Source of the DNA: a virus
Taxonomy: Duplodnaviria > Caudoviricetes
Direction: 5' to 3' (one strand)
IMG/VR virus record: IMGVR_UViG_3300046782_000223
Span: 1-63,897 of that record
Length of the DNA: 63,897 nucleotides
In this document: positions 26,808 to 34,972 of the stretch, piece after piece
How the letters are laid out: the number at the start of each line of letters is the position of its first letter
Position numbering within the stretch: position 1 is the stretch's first letter
Position numbers and translations under genes: made by a program
Notes under the pieces: model-generated
Databases searched by the model: none
What the model was told of the DNA's origin: nothing
What the model saw: the letters and a program-made list of their open reading frames with translations, nothing else

Positions 26808-27916
26808 CGGTCACTCCCCGGCTCGTACTCGTCGAGGTCGTCGATGGTGTAGCCTCGGGCGACCAAGAACTCGGCCACCACCCAGGGGAAGTTGTTGACG
26901 AAGTCCTCCATCGCATCGACGTCGGCGTAGTCGCCCTGAGCCACGGACTTCTGGACCAGCGGACGCGTGCCGTACTTGTCCTCGAACCACCAGTCCTCCT
27001 CGTCCTCCGCGCCGGCCTTGCGCTCGAACACCAGCTTCGACCAGTCGGCCTTGAGCAGCGCGTCGCGCATCGAGTAGGCGAAGCTCAGGTTGGTATGCTC
27101 CATCGGGCCGTGCTGGCGGAAGTAGCCTACACTCAAGTTTGTGCATTCCCCGATCAGGTTCACGTAGTTGGCCGTGTCGGTGAACACCCCGCGGTCGCAG
27201 GGCTGGAAGTCCCCATCGAGCAGGGCGGCCAAGCTCTTGGCGAACGCGTCCGAGCAGCATCTCCCACCTGCTTGGTAGGTGATGACGTCGCGGTAGTCGG
27301 CCCGGTCCAGCGCGATGGCGCAGTCGAAGCTCTCGATCCACTTGGCCATGTTCTTGGCCAGCCACATGGACCCCCCGCCGCCGCTTTCTTCCTCGCGGTG
27401 GAAGACGTACACGCCCGGCACCTTGGCCTTGATCATCTCGATGGCCAGCCAGTTGCCCACGGTGTCGTCCGACCCCAGGCAGGAGCCGTCGCTGGTCCAG
27501 GCCATGCACCCGGTCACCTCGACCTTCTGGCGGCCGTCATGCCAGTGGACGGTGTCGGTGTGCGTCGACCACAGGATGCGCGGGTGGCCCTCGGGCGTCG
27601 GCACCTCGACGATGCGGTTGCCGTAGCCGTCCTCGGCCGGGTCGAGCGGCTCGATCCAGTCGCGGATATAGTCGTCTTCCTCGCTGCTGCCACCCGGGCG
27701 ACACGTCTCCATCATATCGAGCAGCCGGTGGATCGCCGGGTCGTTGCGCAGCACCTCGATCGAGACCGGGTCGTAGCCGGTGTAGACCGACGACGCGGTC
27801 ATCATGGTCGACGTCATCAGGGTCCGCTGCGGCAGCGTCAGCAGGCGGCTGGGTCCGTTGCCGATCGGCAGGGGCGGCAGGTTCTGTTTCATAAGCTTCA
27901 CGGTGGGTTCCTTCAT
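26804..27916 (-). CDS. M20/M28-like zinc peptidase
   Basis: HTDTV, GSDD, EE.G..G, DR, FTDT, NLSVGY..QH..E. Confidence 0.85.
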   Translation of the reverse strand: MKEPTVKLMKQNLPPLPIGNGPSRLLTLPQRTLMTSTMMTASSVYTGYDPVSIEVLRNDPAIHRLLDMMETCRPGGSSEEDDYIRDWIEPLDPAEDGYGNRIVEVPTPEGHPRILWSTHTDTVHWHDGRQKVEVTGCMAWTSDGSCLGSDDTVGNWLAIEMIKAKVPGVYVFHREEESGGGGSMWLAKNMAKWIESFDCAIALDRADYRDVITYQAGGRCCSDAFAKSLAALLDGDFQPCDRGVFTDTANYVNLIGECTNLSVGYFRQHGPMEHTNLSFAYSMRDALLKADWSKLVFERKAGAEDEEDWWFEDKYGTRPLVQKSVAQGDYADVDAMEDFVNNFPWVVAEFLVARGYTIDDLDEYEPGSDR

Positions 27917-29526
27917 GCTGCTGCGGTGAGGTGCTGGTACAGGGCCTGGATGGCCGGCGGCGTGTAGTCAGGCAGGACGTGGCCACGAGCCCACGCCCAG
28001 ACGTCGTCCGGGTGTACGGGTTGGTCGGGGAGGGTGAACTCCATCTCCAAGGGATGAACGGCCAACACGTCACAGGCGGACGAGTAGGCCGGGCATGCGT
28101 AGCTGCGGAAGTCTTCCGGCCACCACTGTCCATCGAAGAAGCATTGGAACGCCGCCTCGTGAAGGTTGTCCGGGTGGACGAGCGCCCCGTTGGTGAGCGT
28201 GATCGGCGGGTCGTCGTCCTTGAAGAAGTACTCGTTGGACCAGCTGCACTGGTAGCCGCCGTTGGCGTTGAACCAGTTGATCTCGTACTTGCCGCTGCCG
28301 GCCTCGACGCACTCGGTGTCGTCGTTCTTGTAGTGCTCGTCGGAGCCGTCGCAGTAGAAGGCGCTGTAGTCGGCGCAGGACTGGCACCATGTGTGCTCGC
28401 TGTACGGGTGGCCGCGGCCGCCCCGCGCCTCGGGCCGCCACCGGGAGTACACGGTGTAGCTTGACGTGTAGTCGTCATGCCCATCGTGGCACTCCTCGCA
28501 GGTCCAGTCGGGGGTGTCGTCCTCGTCGTCCCCACAGCAGTAGGTGCCGTCGGTGTTGTCCTGATGATGCGTGTCGTGCGTCATCCGCCAGTAGGCTTTC
28601 CCGCCGCCGCCCGGCCAGACCTCCTCGACCCCGTACTCATGGTCAAGGTAGGGCATCATCAGGTTGCCGTCGCTGTTGGTCATCCGCCTCAGGCGAGCGC
28701 CCTCGAACACGTTCTGGCGCTCGTCGATGGACACCCAGCCGAGCGCCTTGAGCCTATCGTGAAGCTCGGCGTACTGCTCGCGCTCCTTGTCGGAGTTGGG
28801 CGTCGGATAGACCCGACCGAACACCTCCTTGTCCGGCCAGCACAAGGCGCGGCCGACCACGTCGCCGTTCTCGTTGTTGAGGTAGGCGAACTGCAGGTCG
28901 CCGGCGGCGTAGACCCTGACCGGGTGGTCCTCGTCCTCCCACTCCTTGTCGCAGCCCCGCATGCAGCTGTACGGCCCCTCCTTGTAGACGCGGACCATCT
29001 CGTCCGCCTCGGTGGCGAAGCACAGCACGTCGTCGTTCGGGGGCCGCTTGCCGTTGGCGTGCCACGCCGAGTAGTAGGCCACCTGCTGCTTGGTGATCTT
29101 CGCACCCTGGCCCTTGAGCGGACCATGCTCGATCACCCCGCCGCGGCCAGCGCCCATGAACTTCTGCAGGTACTTGCCCGGCTTCATCGGCGTCTGCCGA
29201 TCGGCCTTGCCCTTGCGCTTGTCCTCGGTGAAGGCGATGGCCGTCGGGTCGGCCAGCGAGATGTGGACGAAGTGGTCGTGAAGCTCGTGGCCGTAGTTGC
29301 GCCAGAACGGCTCCTCGACCCACACCGGCAGGTCGTAGAGCCCGGCCTGGAACATGGCCTGCTCGCGCTCCTGCCATGTGGCGGGACGCACCTTCATCCG
29401 GCTCGAGTTGTGGCGGCGCATCTGATCGGCGAACGTCGCCGCCTGGAACGGCGAGGCGAACAGGTAGTGGTGGGCGTAGGATGGCCCACCGGCGACAGGG
29501 AACAGCTGGATTACCCAAAACTGCAT
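27913..29526 (-). CDS. Conserved phage protein with SCM/GRAL.W/RVY core and Cys-rich C-terminal repeats
   Basis: MKPGKYL, SCMR, VVGRALCW, RVY, MPYLD, several CxxC-like motifs; ATGA-coupled to the peptidase. Confidence 0.75.
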   Translation of the reverse strand: MQFWVIQLFPVAGGPSYAHHYLFASPFQAATFADQMRRHNSSRMKVRPATWQEREQAMFQAGLYDLPVWVEEPFWRNYGHELHDHFVHISLADPTAIAFTEDKRKGKADRQTPMKPGKYLQKFMGAGRGGVIEHGPLKGQGAKITKQQVAYYSAWHANGKRPPNDDVLCFATEADEMVRVYKEGPYSCMRGCDKEWEDEDHPVRVYAAGDLQFAYLNNENGDVVGRALCWPDKEVFGRVYPTPNSDKEREQYAELHDRLKALGWVSIDERQNVFEGARLRRMTNSDGNLMMPYLDHEYGVEEVWPGGGGKAYWRMTHDTHHQDNTDGTYCCGDDEDDTPDWTCEECHDGHDDYTSSYTVYSRWRPEARGGRGHPYSEHTWCQSCADYSAFYCDGSDEHYKNDDTECVEAGSGKYEINWFNANGGYQCSWSNEYFFKDDDPPITLTNGALVHPDNLHEAAFQCFFDGQWWPEDFRSYACPAYSSACDVLAVHPLEMEFTLPDQPVHPDDVWAWARGHVLPDYTPPAIQALYQHLTAAA

Positions 29527-29545
29527 GACGTGGTCCTTCTGTTGT

Positions 29546-29563
29546 AATTGCCCGCTGGCAATT
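29546..29563. promoter_or_regulatory. AATTGCC-N4-GGCAATT box 5
   Basis: AATTGCC cgct GGCAATT, upstream of the SD for ATG 29526. Confidence 0.8.
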
Positions 29564-29565
29564 GG

Positions 29566-30024
29566 TTAGCGCACCAGCTTCACGTTGATCGAGAAGCCGC
29601 CGTAGTAGCCGTTGTGCTCGTTGTGGGTGCAGAGCGTGAACGACCCCTTGGTGGTGGTCACCTTGACGAACTCCGTCTCGTGGCAGCTGTCGCTGCCCCA
29701 ATCGTCCTCGTCGGGGTCCGGGGTGGTCTCGGCCACGTCCTTCGACGGCGGCGCGGCGGCGTCCAGTTCGATGCACACCAGCGACCCGCCGGCGAGGCCG
29801 GTGTAGTCGTCGTCGCAGGCCATGTAGCGGCTCTCGCAGCACGACTGCCCCTCGTCGGCGATGCGCACGTAGCCGCCGTCGTCCACGAAGTGGATGATGG
29901 CGGCCTCGCTGTCGACGTGGACCTCCTTGATCACCAGCCCGGCCAGTTCGGTGAACTTGGCCCAGGTCTCGGTGAACTCGAACGTCCCTTCGACGCGGTC
30001 CACCCAGGCTATGTTTTGGTTCAT
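29566..30024 (-). CDS. Conserved phage hypothetical protein (QSCCE...HNGYYGG type)
   Basis: QSCCE and NEHNGYYGGF motifs; start set at MNQNIA with a GGAG SD. Confidence 0.75.
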   Translation of the reverse strand: MNQNIAWVDRVEGTFEFTETWAKFTELAGLVIKEVHVDSEAAIIHFVDDGGYVRIADEGQSCCESRYMACDDDYTGLAGGSLVCIELDAAAPPSKDVAETTPDPDEDDWGSDSCHETEFVKVTTTKGSFTLCTHNEHNGYYGGFSINVKLVR

Positions 30025-30170
30025 GACTTCTCCTTCGGTTGGCGCGTGGCCAGTTTCTTTGAGTGGGTCGAGCCGGTCCGGCCGCTCTTGGAGCGGTGGA
30101 CCGACTTGCCCTTTCCTTGCTTCGACGTGCGCCGTTTCCGGCGCGTGTGCAGGGTCTTCATCTTCCCCAT
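30021..30170 (-). CDS. Small highly basic peptide (49 aa, MGKMKTLHTRRKRR...)
   Basis: Manual translation; starts right after the upstream stop and overlaps the downstream start (ATGA). Confidence 0.5.
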   Translation of the reverse strand: MGKMKTLHTRRKRRTSKQGKGKSVHRSKSGRTGSTHSKKLATRQPKEKS

Positions 30171-30497
30171 TCAGGTCCCCCCTTTCTTGGCCATCTTGTC
30201 CTTGGCCGACGCGTCGTACGCCTTGTCGATGAACGACCCCCGCGGCAGCAGGAAGTACGCCGAGATGAACTCGTCGATCTTCCCGCACCACGCCTCAGCC
30301 AGCTTGTAGCAGTAGCTCGGCGGGGCATGCTCCTGGCCACTCGGGTCGCGCCGGCGTTCCTCGGCGAGACGCGTCTGTTCCCCGCCGTAGCCGACCTCAA
30401 GGAAGCCCTTCACCTGCTCGGGCCAGTGCTCCTTGTTGCGGCTGACCGCGCCCTGGTCGACCACCGGCTGGTACATCTTCGGGATCGGCTGGGTCAT
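30171..30497 (-). CDS. Hypothetical protein (MTQPIPKMY...)
   Basis: GGAGG SD and ATGA coupling. Confidence 0.6.
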   Translation of the reverse strand: MTQPIPKMYQPVVDQGAVSRNKEHWPEQVKGFLEVGYGGEQTRLAEERRRDPSGQEHAPPSYCYKLAEAWCGKIDEFISAYFLLPRGSFIDKAYDASAKDKMAKKGGT

Positions 30498-31138
30498 GCG
30501 GCCTCCGCGTAGCGACGGATGGACTGCTCGGCCTTGAGGATTTCGGCCATCAGGCTGGTGCAGGCGTTCTCGCTCCACCCCTGCAGCCGTCCCAGCGAGA
30601 CCTTGGCCCTGAGCGCCACGATCACCTTGTCCACCCGTTCCGGCGGGATCGTACCCGCCTTGGCCACGCGCGCCACCTCCTGCGCGGCCTGGGTGAGCCG
30701 CCAGGGGCCTTGCCACTGGCTCATGGGGCGGGAGCGCCGGAGCATCTTCTCGATGGCGTGCAGCACCATCTCTGCGGCTTGGCGGGGCGTTCCGTTCGGA
30801 CCGATGGACACCACCTCGAACCCGCGGCGCAGCGCGCAGCGGACGACGCGCCGGGCCACCGCCGACACCGCGCCATCCGGGACACAAAGAGAGACCTCGA
30901 TGGTGTCGCCCTCCCCCCGCCGGGCGATGAAGTGGCCGTAGCCGAACAGCCGGTCGTCCCGGCATTCGATCGACTTCACGTCCGGGTCCTGCATGACGCC
31001 GTACCAGGGCAGGTGCTGCTTGGGCCGGCAGGAGCCCGGCTCCGTGGAGCCGGACAGCCACAGGTGGATGACGCCCGGCTGGGTGCGGGGGTCGTAGGGC
31101 TTCTTGGTGTACGGGTTGAGAGACGTGTCGATGCTCAC
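30494..31138 (-). CDS. Hypothetical protein (GTG start)
   Basis: GAAGGA SD before GTG 31138. Confidence 0.6.
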   Translation of the reverse strand: MSIDTSLNPYTKKPYDPRTQPGVIHLWLSGSTEPGSCRPKQHLPWYGVMQDPDVKSIECRDDRLFGYGHFIARRGEGDTIEVSLCVPDGAVSAVARRVVRCALRRGFEVVSIGPNGTPRQAAEMVLHAIEKMLRRSRPMSQWQGPWRLTQAAQEVARVAKAGTIPPERVDKVIVALRAKVSLGRLQGWSENACTSLMAEILKAEQSIRRYAEAA

Positions 31139-31371
31139 GCGGTGGGTTCCTTCGGTTGGGCAATTGCCATCAGGCAATTACGGTCAAGTTTGTTACCGGC
31201 CTTCTCCTGCGCGATCACGGTGACCACGAAGTAGTGGGCCTTGAGGTAGCGCAGGCTGGTCGGCCGGTCGTCCAGGCGCAGGTACATCCACGACATGGTG
31301 TCGAGCGCCTCGGCAGTTTCCCTGAGGACGCGTGCCCGCCACTCGGCGGGGCTTTCGAGGTGAACGAACAT
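31135..31371 (-). CDS. Hypothetical protein
   Basis: Coupled to neighbours on both sides. Confidence 0.5.
   Translation of the reverse strand: MFVHLESPAEWRARVLRETAEALDTMSWMYLRLDDRPTSLRYLKAHYFVVTVIAQEKAGNKLDRNCLMAIAQPKEPTA
31162..31179. promoter_or_regulatory. AATTGCC-N4-GGCAATT box 6
   Basis: AATTGCC atca GGCAATT. Confidence 0.8.
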
Positions 31372-31514
31372 CAGCGGATGACCACGGCGAGGCCGAGGCA
31401 GAGCAGCAGGAAGGCCGCCCCGGAGACGATGAAGCCGGGGCCGTCGTCACGGTTGAGGGCGTCGCCGGCGACGATGCCGCAGGCGACGAGGAGGGCGAAG
31501 ATGACCAGGGGCAT
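31371..31514 (-). CDS. Small two-TM membrane protein (47 aa, MPLVIFALLVACG...)
   Basis: Manual translation; two hydrophobic stretches; TGATG coupling. Confidence 0.55.
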   Translation of the reverse strand: MPLVIFALLVACGIVAGDALNRDDGPGFIVSGAAFLLLCLGLAVVIR

Positions 31515-31660
31515 CAGAACCCCTCCTTCATGCCGCGGTCGCGCAGGACGTTCTTGAGCTTGCGCTGCTCGTAACGGTCACGCTTCCAGTCGTGCTGGCG
31601 GCGCGTGTCGGGGTCACGGGTGGTGTGGGTGGTCTTCGCCTTGCTGTCGTACTTAGCCAT
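31514..31660 (-). CDS. Small basic protein (48 aa, MAKYDSKAK...)
   Basis: Manual translation; GGAG SD; first gene after the promoter at 31746-31774. Confidence 0.6.
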   Translation of the reverse strand: MAKYDSKAKTTHTTRDPDTRRQHDWKRDRYEQRKLKNVLRDRGMKEGF

Positions 31661-31685
31661 GTGGCTAGGCTCCGGTTGTCGGGGT

Positions 31686-31703
31686 AATTGCCTGCTGGCA
31701 ATT
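31686..31703. promoter_or_regulatory. AATTGCC-N4-GGCAATT box 7
   Basis: AATTGCC tgct GGCAATT. Confidence 0.8.
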
Positions 31704-31745
31704 GGCTCCCGGTCTGGATGGAAGCCGATCTCCCATCCATCAACC

Positions 31746-31774
31746 AGTATACACTTCTGTTAGGGTCATGTCAA
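31746..31774 (-). promoter_or_regulatory. Sigma70-type promoter
   Basis: TTGACA-N17-TATACT. Confidence 0.85.
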
Positions 31775-31788
31775 GCTCGCGACCCGTC

Positions 31789-32022
31789 TCAGATTTGGTA
31801 AAAGCGGCACCGTTCCTCGACCCAGGTGCCATGAACGAGGGTCATCTTCACGGCCCACGCCCGCAGGATTTCGCGGTCGCGATCGGTCGGGCACCCGGCC
31901 TCGACATTGCTGAACGCGAACGCCTCGTCGAACATCAGGGGGAGGTCGAACAGGAAGGCCACGGGTTTCGAGGGGTCGTGGGTTTCGTAGTCCACGCCGA
32001 TCATGCGGTAGGTCGCTGCCAT
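31789..32022 (-). CDS. Hypothetical protein (MAATYRMIG...)
   Basis: SD and operon position. Confidence 0.5.
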   Translation of the reverse strand: MAATYRMIGVDYETHDPSKPVAFLFDLPLMFDEAFAFSNVEAGCPTDRDREILRAWAVKMTLVHGTWVEERCRFYQI

Positions 32023-32261
32023 CCGAGCCTCTCCATTGCGTCCATGAGGCGGTTCCCGAAGTCGATGTTGCCCTGGACCAGGGACGTGGTCACCACCCAG
32101 GCCAGCAACCGGTCGCCGTTCTCCTGCCGCCGGTAGACCGTGGCGTACAGGCTCTCGTAGGCGGCCATGATCTCGGTCGGGCACTCGACGTCGAACAGGT
32201 AGTAGCGCCCGTCCTCGATGCGCCGCACGTAGGCCGGGTCCAGATGGAGCGGGCGCTGCAC
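32001..32261 (-). CDS. Hypothetical protein
   Basis: Abuts the phosphatase stop. Confidence 0.55.
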   Translation of the reverse strand: MQRPLHLDPAYVRRIEDGRYYLFDVECPTEIMAAYESLYATVYRRQENGDRLLAWVVTTSLVQGNIDFGNRLMDAMERLGWQRPTA

Positions 32262-32705
32262 CTAGAACCGGCCGGGCGCGACCTGGGCGCAGAGGATGCC
32301 CTTGCTGCGCCACCAGTCCACCACGGACGCGCGGTCCTCGAACACGAGGTCAGGCGGCGCGGCCTCGGAGGCCAGCCACTCCTCCTTGAGGACGGTGTCG
32401 GGGCGGTGGTCGCCCTCGCGACGCATGACCATCTCACCGACCCCGCCGGCGACCATGCCGACGCCGTTCAGCACCAGCCAGTCGACGGTCTGCTGCACCA
32501 TGACCCCCGATCGTCCGGTCCAGATGGCGCAGCGGTGACCGGCCAGGGAGAGCGCGTTGTAGGTCTCGATCAGCGGCAGGTTGGGGGTGTCGTTGATGCA
32601 CTCGGCGAAGAACGCGTCCCAATCCTTGGGCGTCTTGCGCAGGTGGTGCTCACGGTGCTCGGTGAACGCGAGCGTCCCGTCGAGGTCGAAGATCACGAAC
32701 ATCAT
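32262..32705 (-). CDS. HAD-family phosphatase (PNKP 3'-phosphatase-like)
   Basis: IFDLDGT, TGR, D.RPD..LK, FEDR..VV..WR..G..C.QV. Confidence 0.88.
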   Translation of the reverse strand: MMFVIFDLDGTLAFTEHREHHLRKTPKDWDAFFAECINDTPNLPLIETYNALSLAGHRCAIWTGRSGVMVQQTVDWLVLNGVGMVAGGVGEMVMRREGDHRPDTVLKEEWLASEAAPPDLVFEDRASVVDWWRSKGILCAQVAPGRF

Positions 32706-32938
32706 AGCGGCCACTTCTCCACAGGAAACTCACGGTCCATGAACTCGGCCCATTTGAAGGCTCCGGCGAGCCCCTTCAACTGGCCTTCCACGATCGCCGC
32801 GCGCATGGCGCGCACGTCCTCGATCGTCGCCGCGGCGGTGTCGCGCAGGCTACGCGGCTCGTAGCGCCGGCCAAGCGCCAGCCGTTTGCCAACCTCGTTG
32901 GGGAAGATGCGGGACCAGAGCACGGCAGGGTTCGTCAC
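32702..32938 (-). CDS. Hypothetical protein (GTG start)
   Basis: GTGA/ATGA coupling on both sides. Confidence 0.5.
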   Translation of the reverse strand: MTNPAVLWSRIFPNEVGKRLALGRRYEPRSLRDTAAATIEDVRAMRAAIVEGQLKGLAGAFKWAEFMDREFPVEKWPL

Positions 32939-33135
32939 GGCGCGACGGGGGCGTTGAGGAGGGCTGTGTTGTGCTCGCCGCGGTCCTGGGCGTACTGGCG
33001 ATTGGAGCGCCACCGTCCTATCAGAACCTCGCGCCCGTCGGGAGACCAAATGTGGTAGCGGTAGATGGTCCGGCCGAGCCCTCGGCGGTCCACTTTGCGG
33101 CTGGTCTCGATGGTGAAACGGTAGAGCTTGCCCAC
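32935..33135 (-). CDS. Hypothetical protein
   Basis: Operon position. Confidence 0.5.
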   Translation of the reverse strand: MGKLYRFTIETSRKVDRRGLGRTIYRYHIWSPDGREVLIGRWRSNRQYAQDRGEHNTALLNAPVAP

Positions 33136-33145
33136 CCTTCATATC

Positions 33146-33550
33146 CTAGCGCCCCGGTAGGAGAAGCTGGTCGGGCATCTGGCCGCTGTCGTAGGCCAGC
33201 TTGAGCGGCTCACGCGTCCACTCGTAGACCGTCTTGCCATCCGGCGTGAGCATGTCGGCCAGGAACTCGCGCTCGAACGTCGTCGCGCCCTCGCGCACGG
33301 CTTCCAGCTTGGCCTTGACCAGCAGCAGGAGCAGCCGCCACGCGCGGCGTTCTTCCTGGGCGGCGTTGCCCACCTTGCGGCGGATGGGCACCTCCATGCG
33401 GTAGTAGCGGCCGGCCATGCGGAAGGCGACCGCGGAGCGGGACGCGTCCTCGTAGATCGCCACGCTGTCGCTGCCGGCCTTCTTGAGCATGGCCTTCACC
33501 TCGCCCTGCGACTGGCCGACCGGGACCTGGGTGCGCGACGCGTAGGGCAT
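33146..33550 (-). CDS. Conserved phage hypothetical protein
   Basis: YA..T.V....S..E; WR.L.L.VKAKLEAV..G..TFE.EFL motif. Confidence 0.75.
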   Translation of the reverse strand: MPYASRTQVPVGQSQGEVKAMLKKAGSDSVAIYEDASRSAVAFRMAGRYYRMEVPIRRKVGNAAQEERRAWRLLLLLVKAKLEAVREGATTFEREFLADMLTPDGKTVYEWTREPLKLAYDSGQMPDQLLLPGR

Positions 33551-33789
33551 CAGGCGGCGGGCTCCACGGGATCGTCCGTGTAGGGCTCGTCGACGGGCGG
33601 GCGCGGAAGCTCGCCGCCGCCCAGCGTGATGGCCAGTTCCAGCTGCGCCAGATCATCGCTCAGCAGGTGCAGCCGGGCCTCCTCGTCGGTGGCCTTCTTG
33701 TGGTGATAGGCCACCAGCTTGGCCGCGCCGCGCACCTGAATGTAGGTCCGGGTGTACTGCGCCCGCAGGGTCTCGACGACGATGCTCAC
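33550..33789 (-). CDS. Hypothetical protein
   Basis: Coupled ORF. Confidence 0.55.
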   Translation of the reverse strand: MSIVVETLRAQYTRTYIQVRGAAKLVAYHHKKATDEEARLHLLSDDLAQLELAITLGGGELPRPPVDEPYTDDPVEPAA

Positions 33790-34055
33790 CGCTCGTTCTC
33801 CTCAACCTTGAGGATGGCCACGATCAGGTCCTTGAGTTTAGGCCCGTAGTCGCGAAGCTCCTGGGCCACGACGTAGCACTCACGCTCGGCGTCTTCGGGG
33901 CCGGGGCGCAGAATGTCGGCGCAGATGCGGTCGGTGACGACCATGACGATCTTGTCGGCCACCTCCATGCGCTTGGCGTTCGCACGACGCGTCACCCAGC
34001 CCATCTCAGCGGCCTCGGAGCGCATGGCCTCGTAGCGGGGGTACTGCGAGCCCAT
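33786..34055 (-). CDS. Hypothetical protein (MGSQYPRY...)
   Basis: TGATG coupling. Confidence 0.55.
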   Translation of the reverse strand: MGSQYPRYEAMRSEAAEMGWVTRRANAKRMEVADKIVMVVTDRICADILRPGPEDAERECYVVAQELRDYGPKLKDLIVAILKVEENER

Positions 34056-34255
34056 CAGAGAGGGCTTTCCTTGGGGCAGTCGGGGTCGAGGTCCTGCAGC
34101 TTGGCCCACACCTCCTTGAACTTGGCGAGGTCGCGCCCGACGCTGGGGCGGATGTAGCAGAGCAGCGAGAGGCCGCAGTCGACGCTGTCCAGCTGCTTGT
34201 GGACGTCCATGTAGAGGGCGCGGGCTTCGGCCTTGAGGCGCTTGATCTCGTTCAT
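34055..34255 (-). CDS. Hypothetical protein
   Basis: Coupled ORF. Confidence 0.6.
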   Translation of the reverse strand: MNEIKRLKAEARALYMDVHKQLDSVDCGLSLLCYIRPSVGRDLAKFKEVWAKLQDLDPDCPKESPL

Positions 34256-34452
34256 CGCTGGGATGCGTCCTTGATTTGGAGGGGCTGCTGCCCGGCCAGC
34301 CGCTGCGGGCCGTCCTCGGCCCAGGCCGCGGCCTTGTCGCGGTCGTAGAACGCCACGATCTGGCCGTCCTGGCAGTAGACCGGCCAGACCACCCGAGGCA
34401 GACCGAGGTCGCCGATGCGCTGTTTGAGGCGGGTGAGGGTGGCGGGCGGCAT
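34252..34452 (-). CDS. Hypothetical protein (MPPATLTRLK...)
   Basis: AGGAG SD before ATG 34452. Confidence 0.55.
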   Translation of the reverse strand: MPPATLTRLKQRIGDLGLPRVVWPVYCQDGQIVAFYDRDKAAAWAEDGPQRLAGQQPLQIKDASQR

Positions 34453-34460
34453 GCAGGCTC

Positions 34461-34544
34461 CTAGTGGGCGGTGATCGCGACGATAAGCAGGACCGTCAGC
34501 AGCACGATGCCGCATACGGTCAAGGTAAGGCATCCTTTGTTCAT
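34461..34544 (-). CDS. Single-TM peptide (27 aa, MNKGCLTLTVCGIVLLTVLLIVAITAH)
   Basis: Manual translation; GGGAG SD. Confidence 0.45.
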   Translation of the reverse strand: MNKGCLTLTVCGIVLLTVLLIVAITAH

Positions 34545-34699
34545 GGTCTAGCTCCCGAAAAGGCCCCTGGCCGGACCGGAGAGTACACGGCCAGGGGTGG
34601 CCTAGTCGGGGTCTCGCGCTCGCCTTCGGCTCGGGGACCGTGGCGGCGTCTGTGGTTCGGAGGGGCTTACTCTCCCCAGCAGCACTCCTCCGCGATCTT

Positions 34700-34717
34700 A
34701 ATTGCCCGGTGGCAATT
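34700..34717. promoter_or_regulatory. AATTGCC-N4-GGCAATT box 8
   Basis: AATTGCC cggt GGCAATT, in a hairpin-rich intergenic region. Confidence 0.8.
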
Positions 34718-34816
34718 GCGGAACACCCGGCCAGCAGCGGGTAGGGGCCTCTGCTGGCCGGGGCCGCCTGGGCCGCCCCCTGGCAGGTGGGGGGTGTTTG
34801 GGGACGGCATGCGGGA

Positions 34817-34972
34817 TCAGCTGAACCGCTCCGAGATCACCTCGCCGAGGATGTGGACGATGCTGACCACAGCCGCGATCACGATGACCCAGAGCACGAT
34901 CGCGAGGGCGGCCGCGAGCAGCCACCCCCACGCTCGGGGCCAGCGTTTAGTCGTGGGCCGCCGGGCAGGCAT
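34817..34972 (-). CDS. Small membrane protein (51 aa, MPARRPTTKRW...)
   Basis: Manual translation; basic N-terminus and long hydrophobic segment. Confidence 0.5.
   Translation of the reverse strand: MPARRPTTKRWPRAWGWLLAAALAIVLWVIVIAAVVSIVHILGEVISERFS

Noticed and set aside
34600-34700. Glycine or c-di-GMP riboswitch (GGAGAG ... GCCGAAGG)
   Set aside because: The remaining conserved elements (e.g. CTCTCAGG, GCAAA) are missing; kept only as an unassigned structured region
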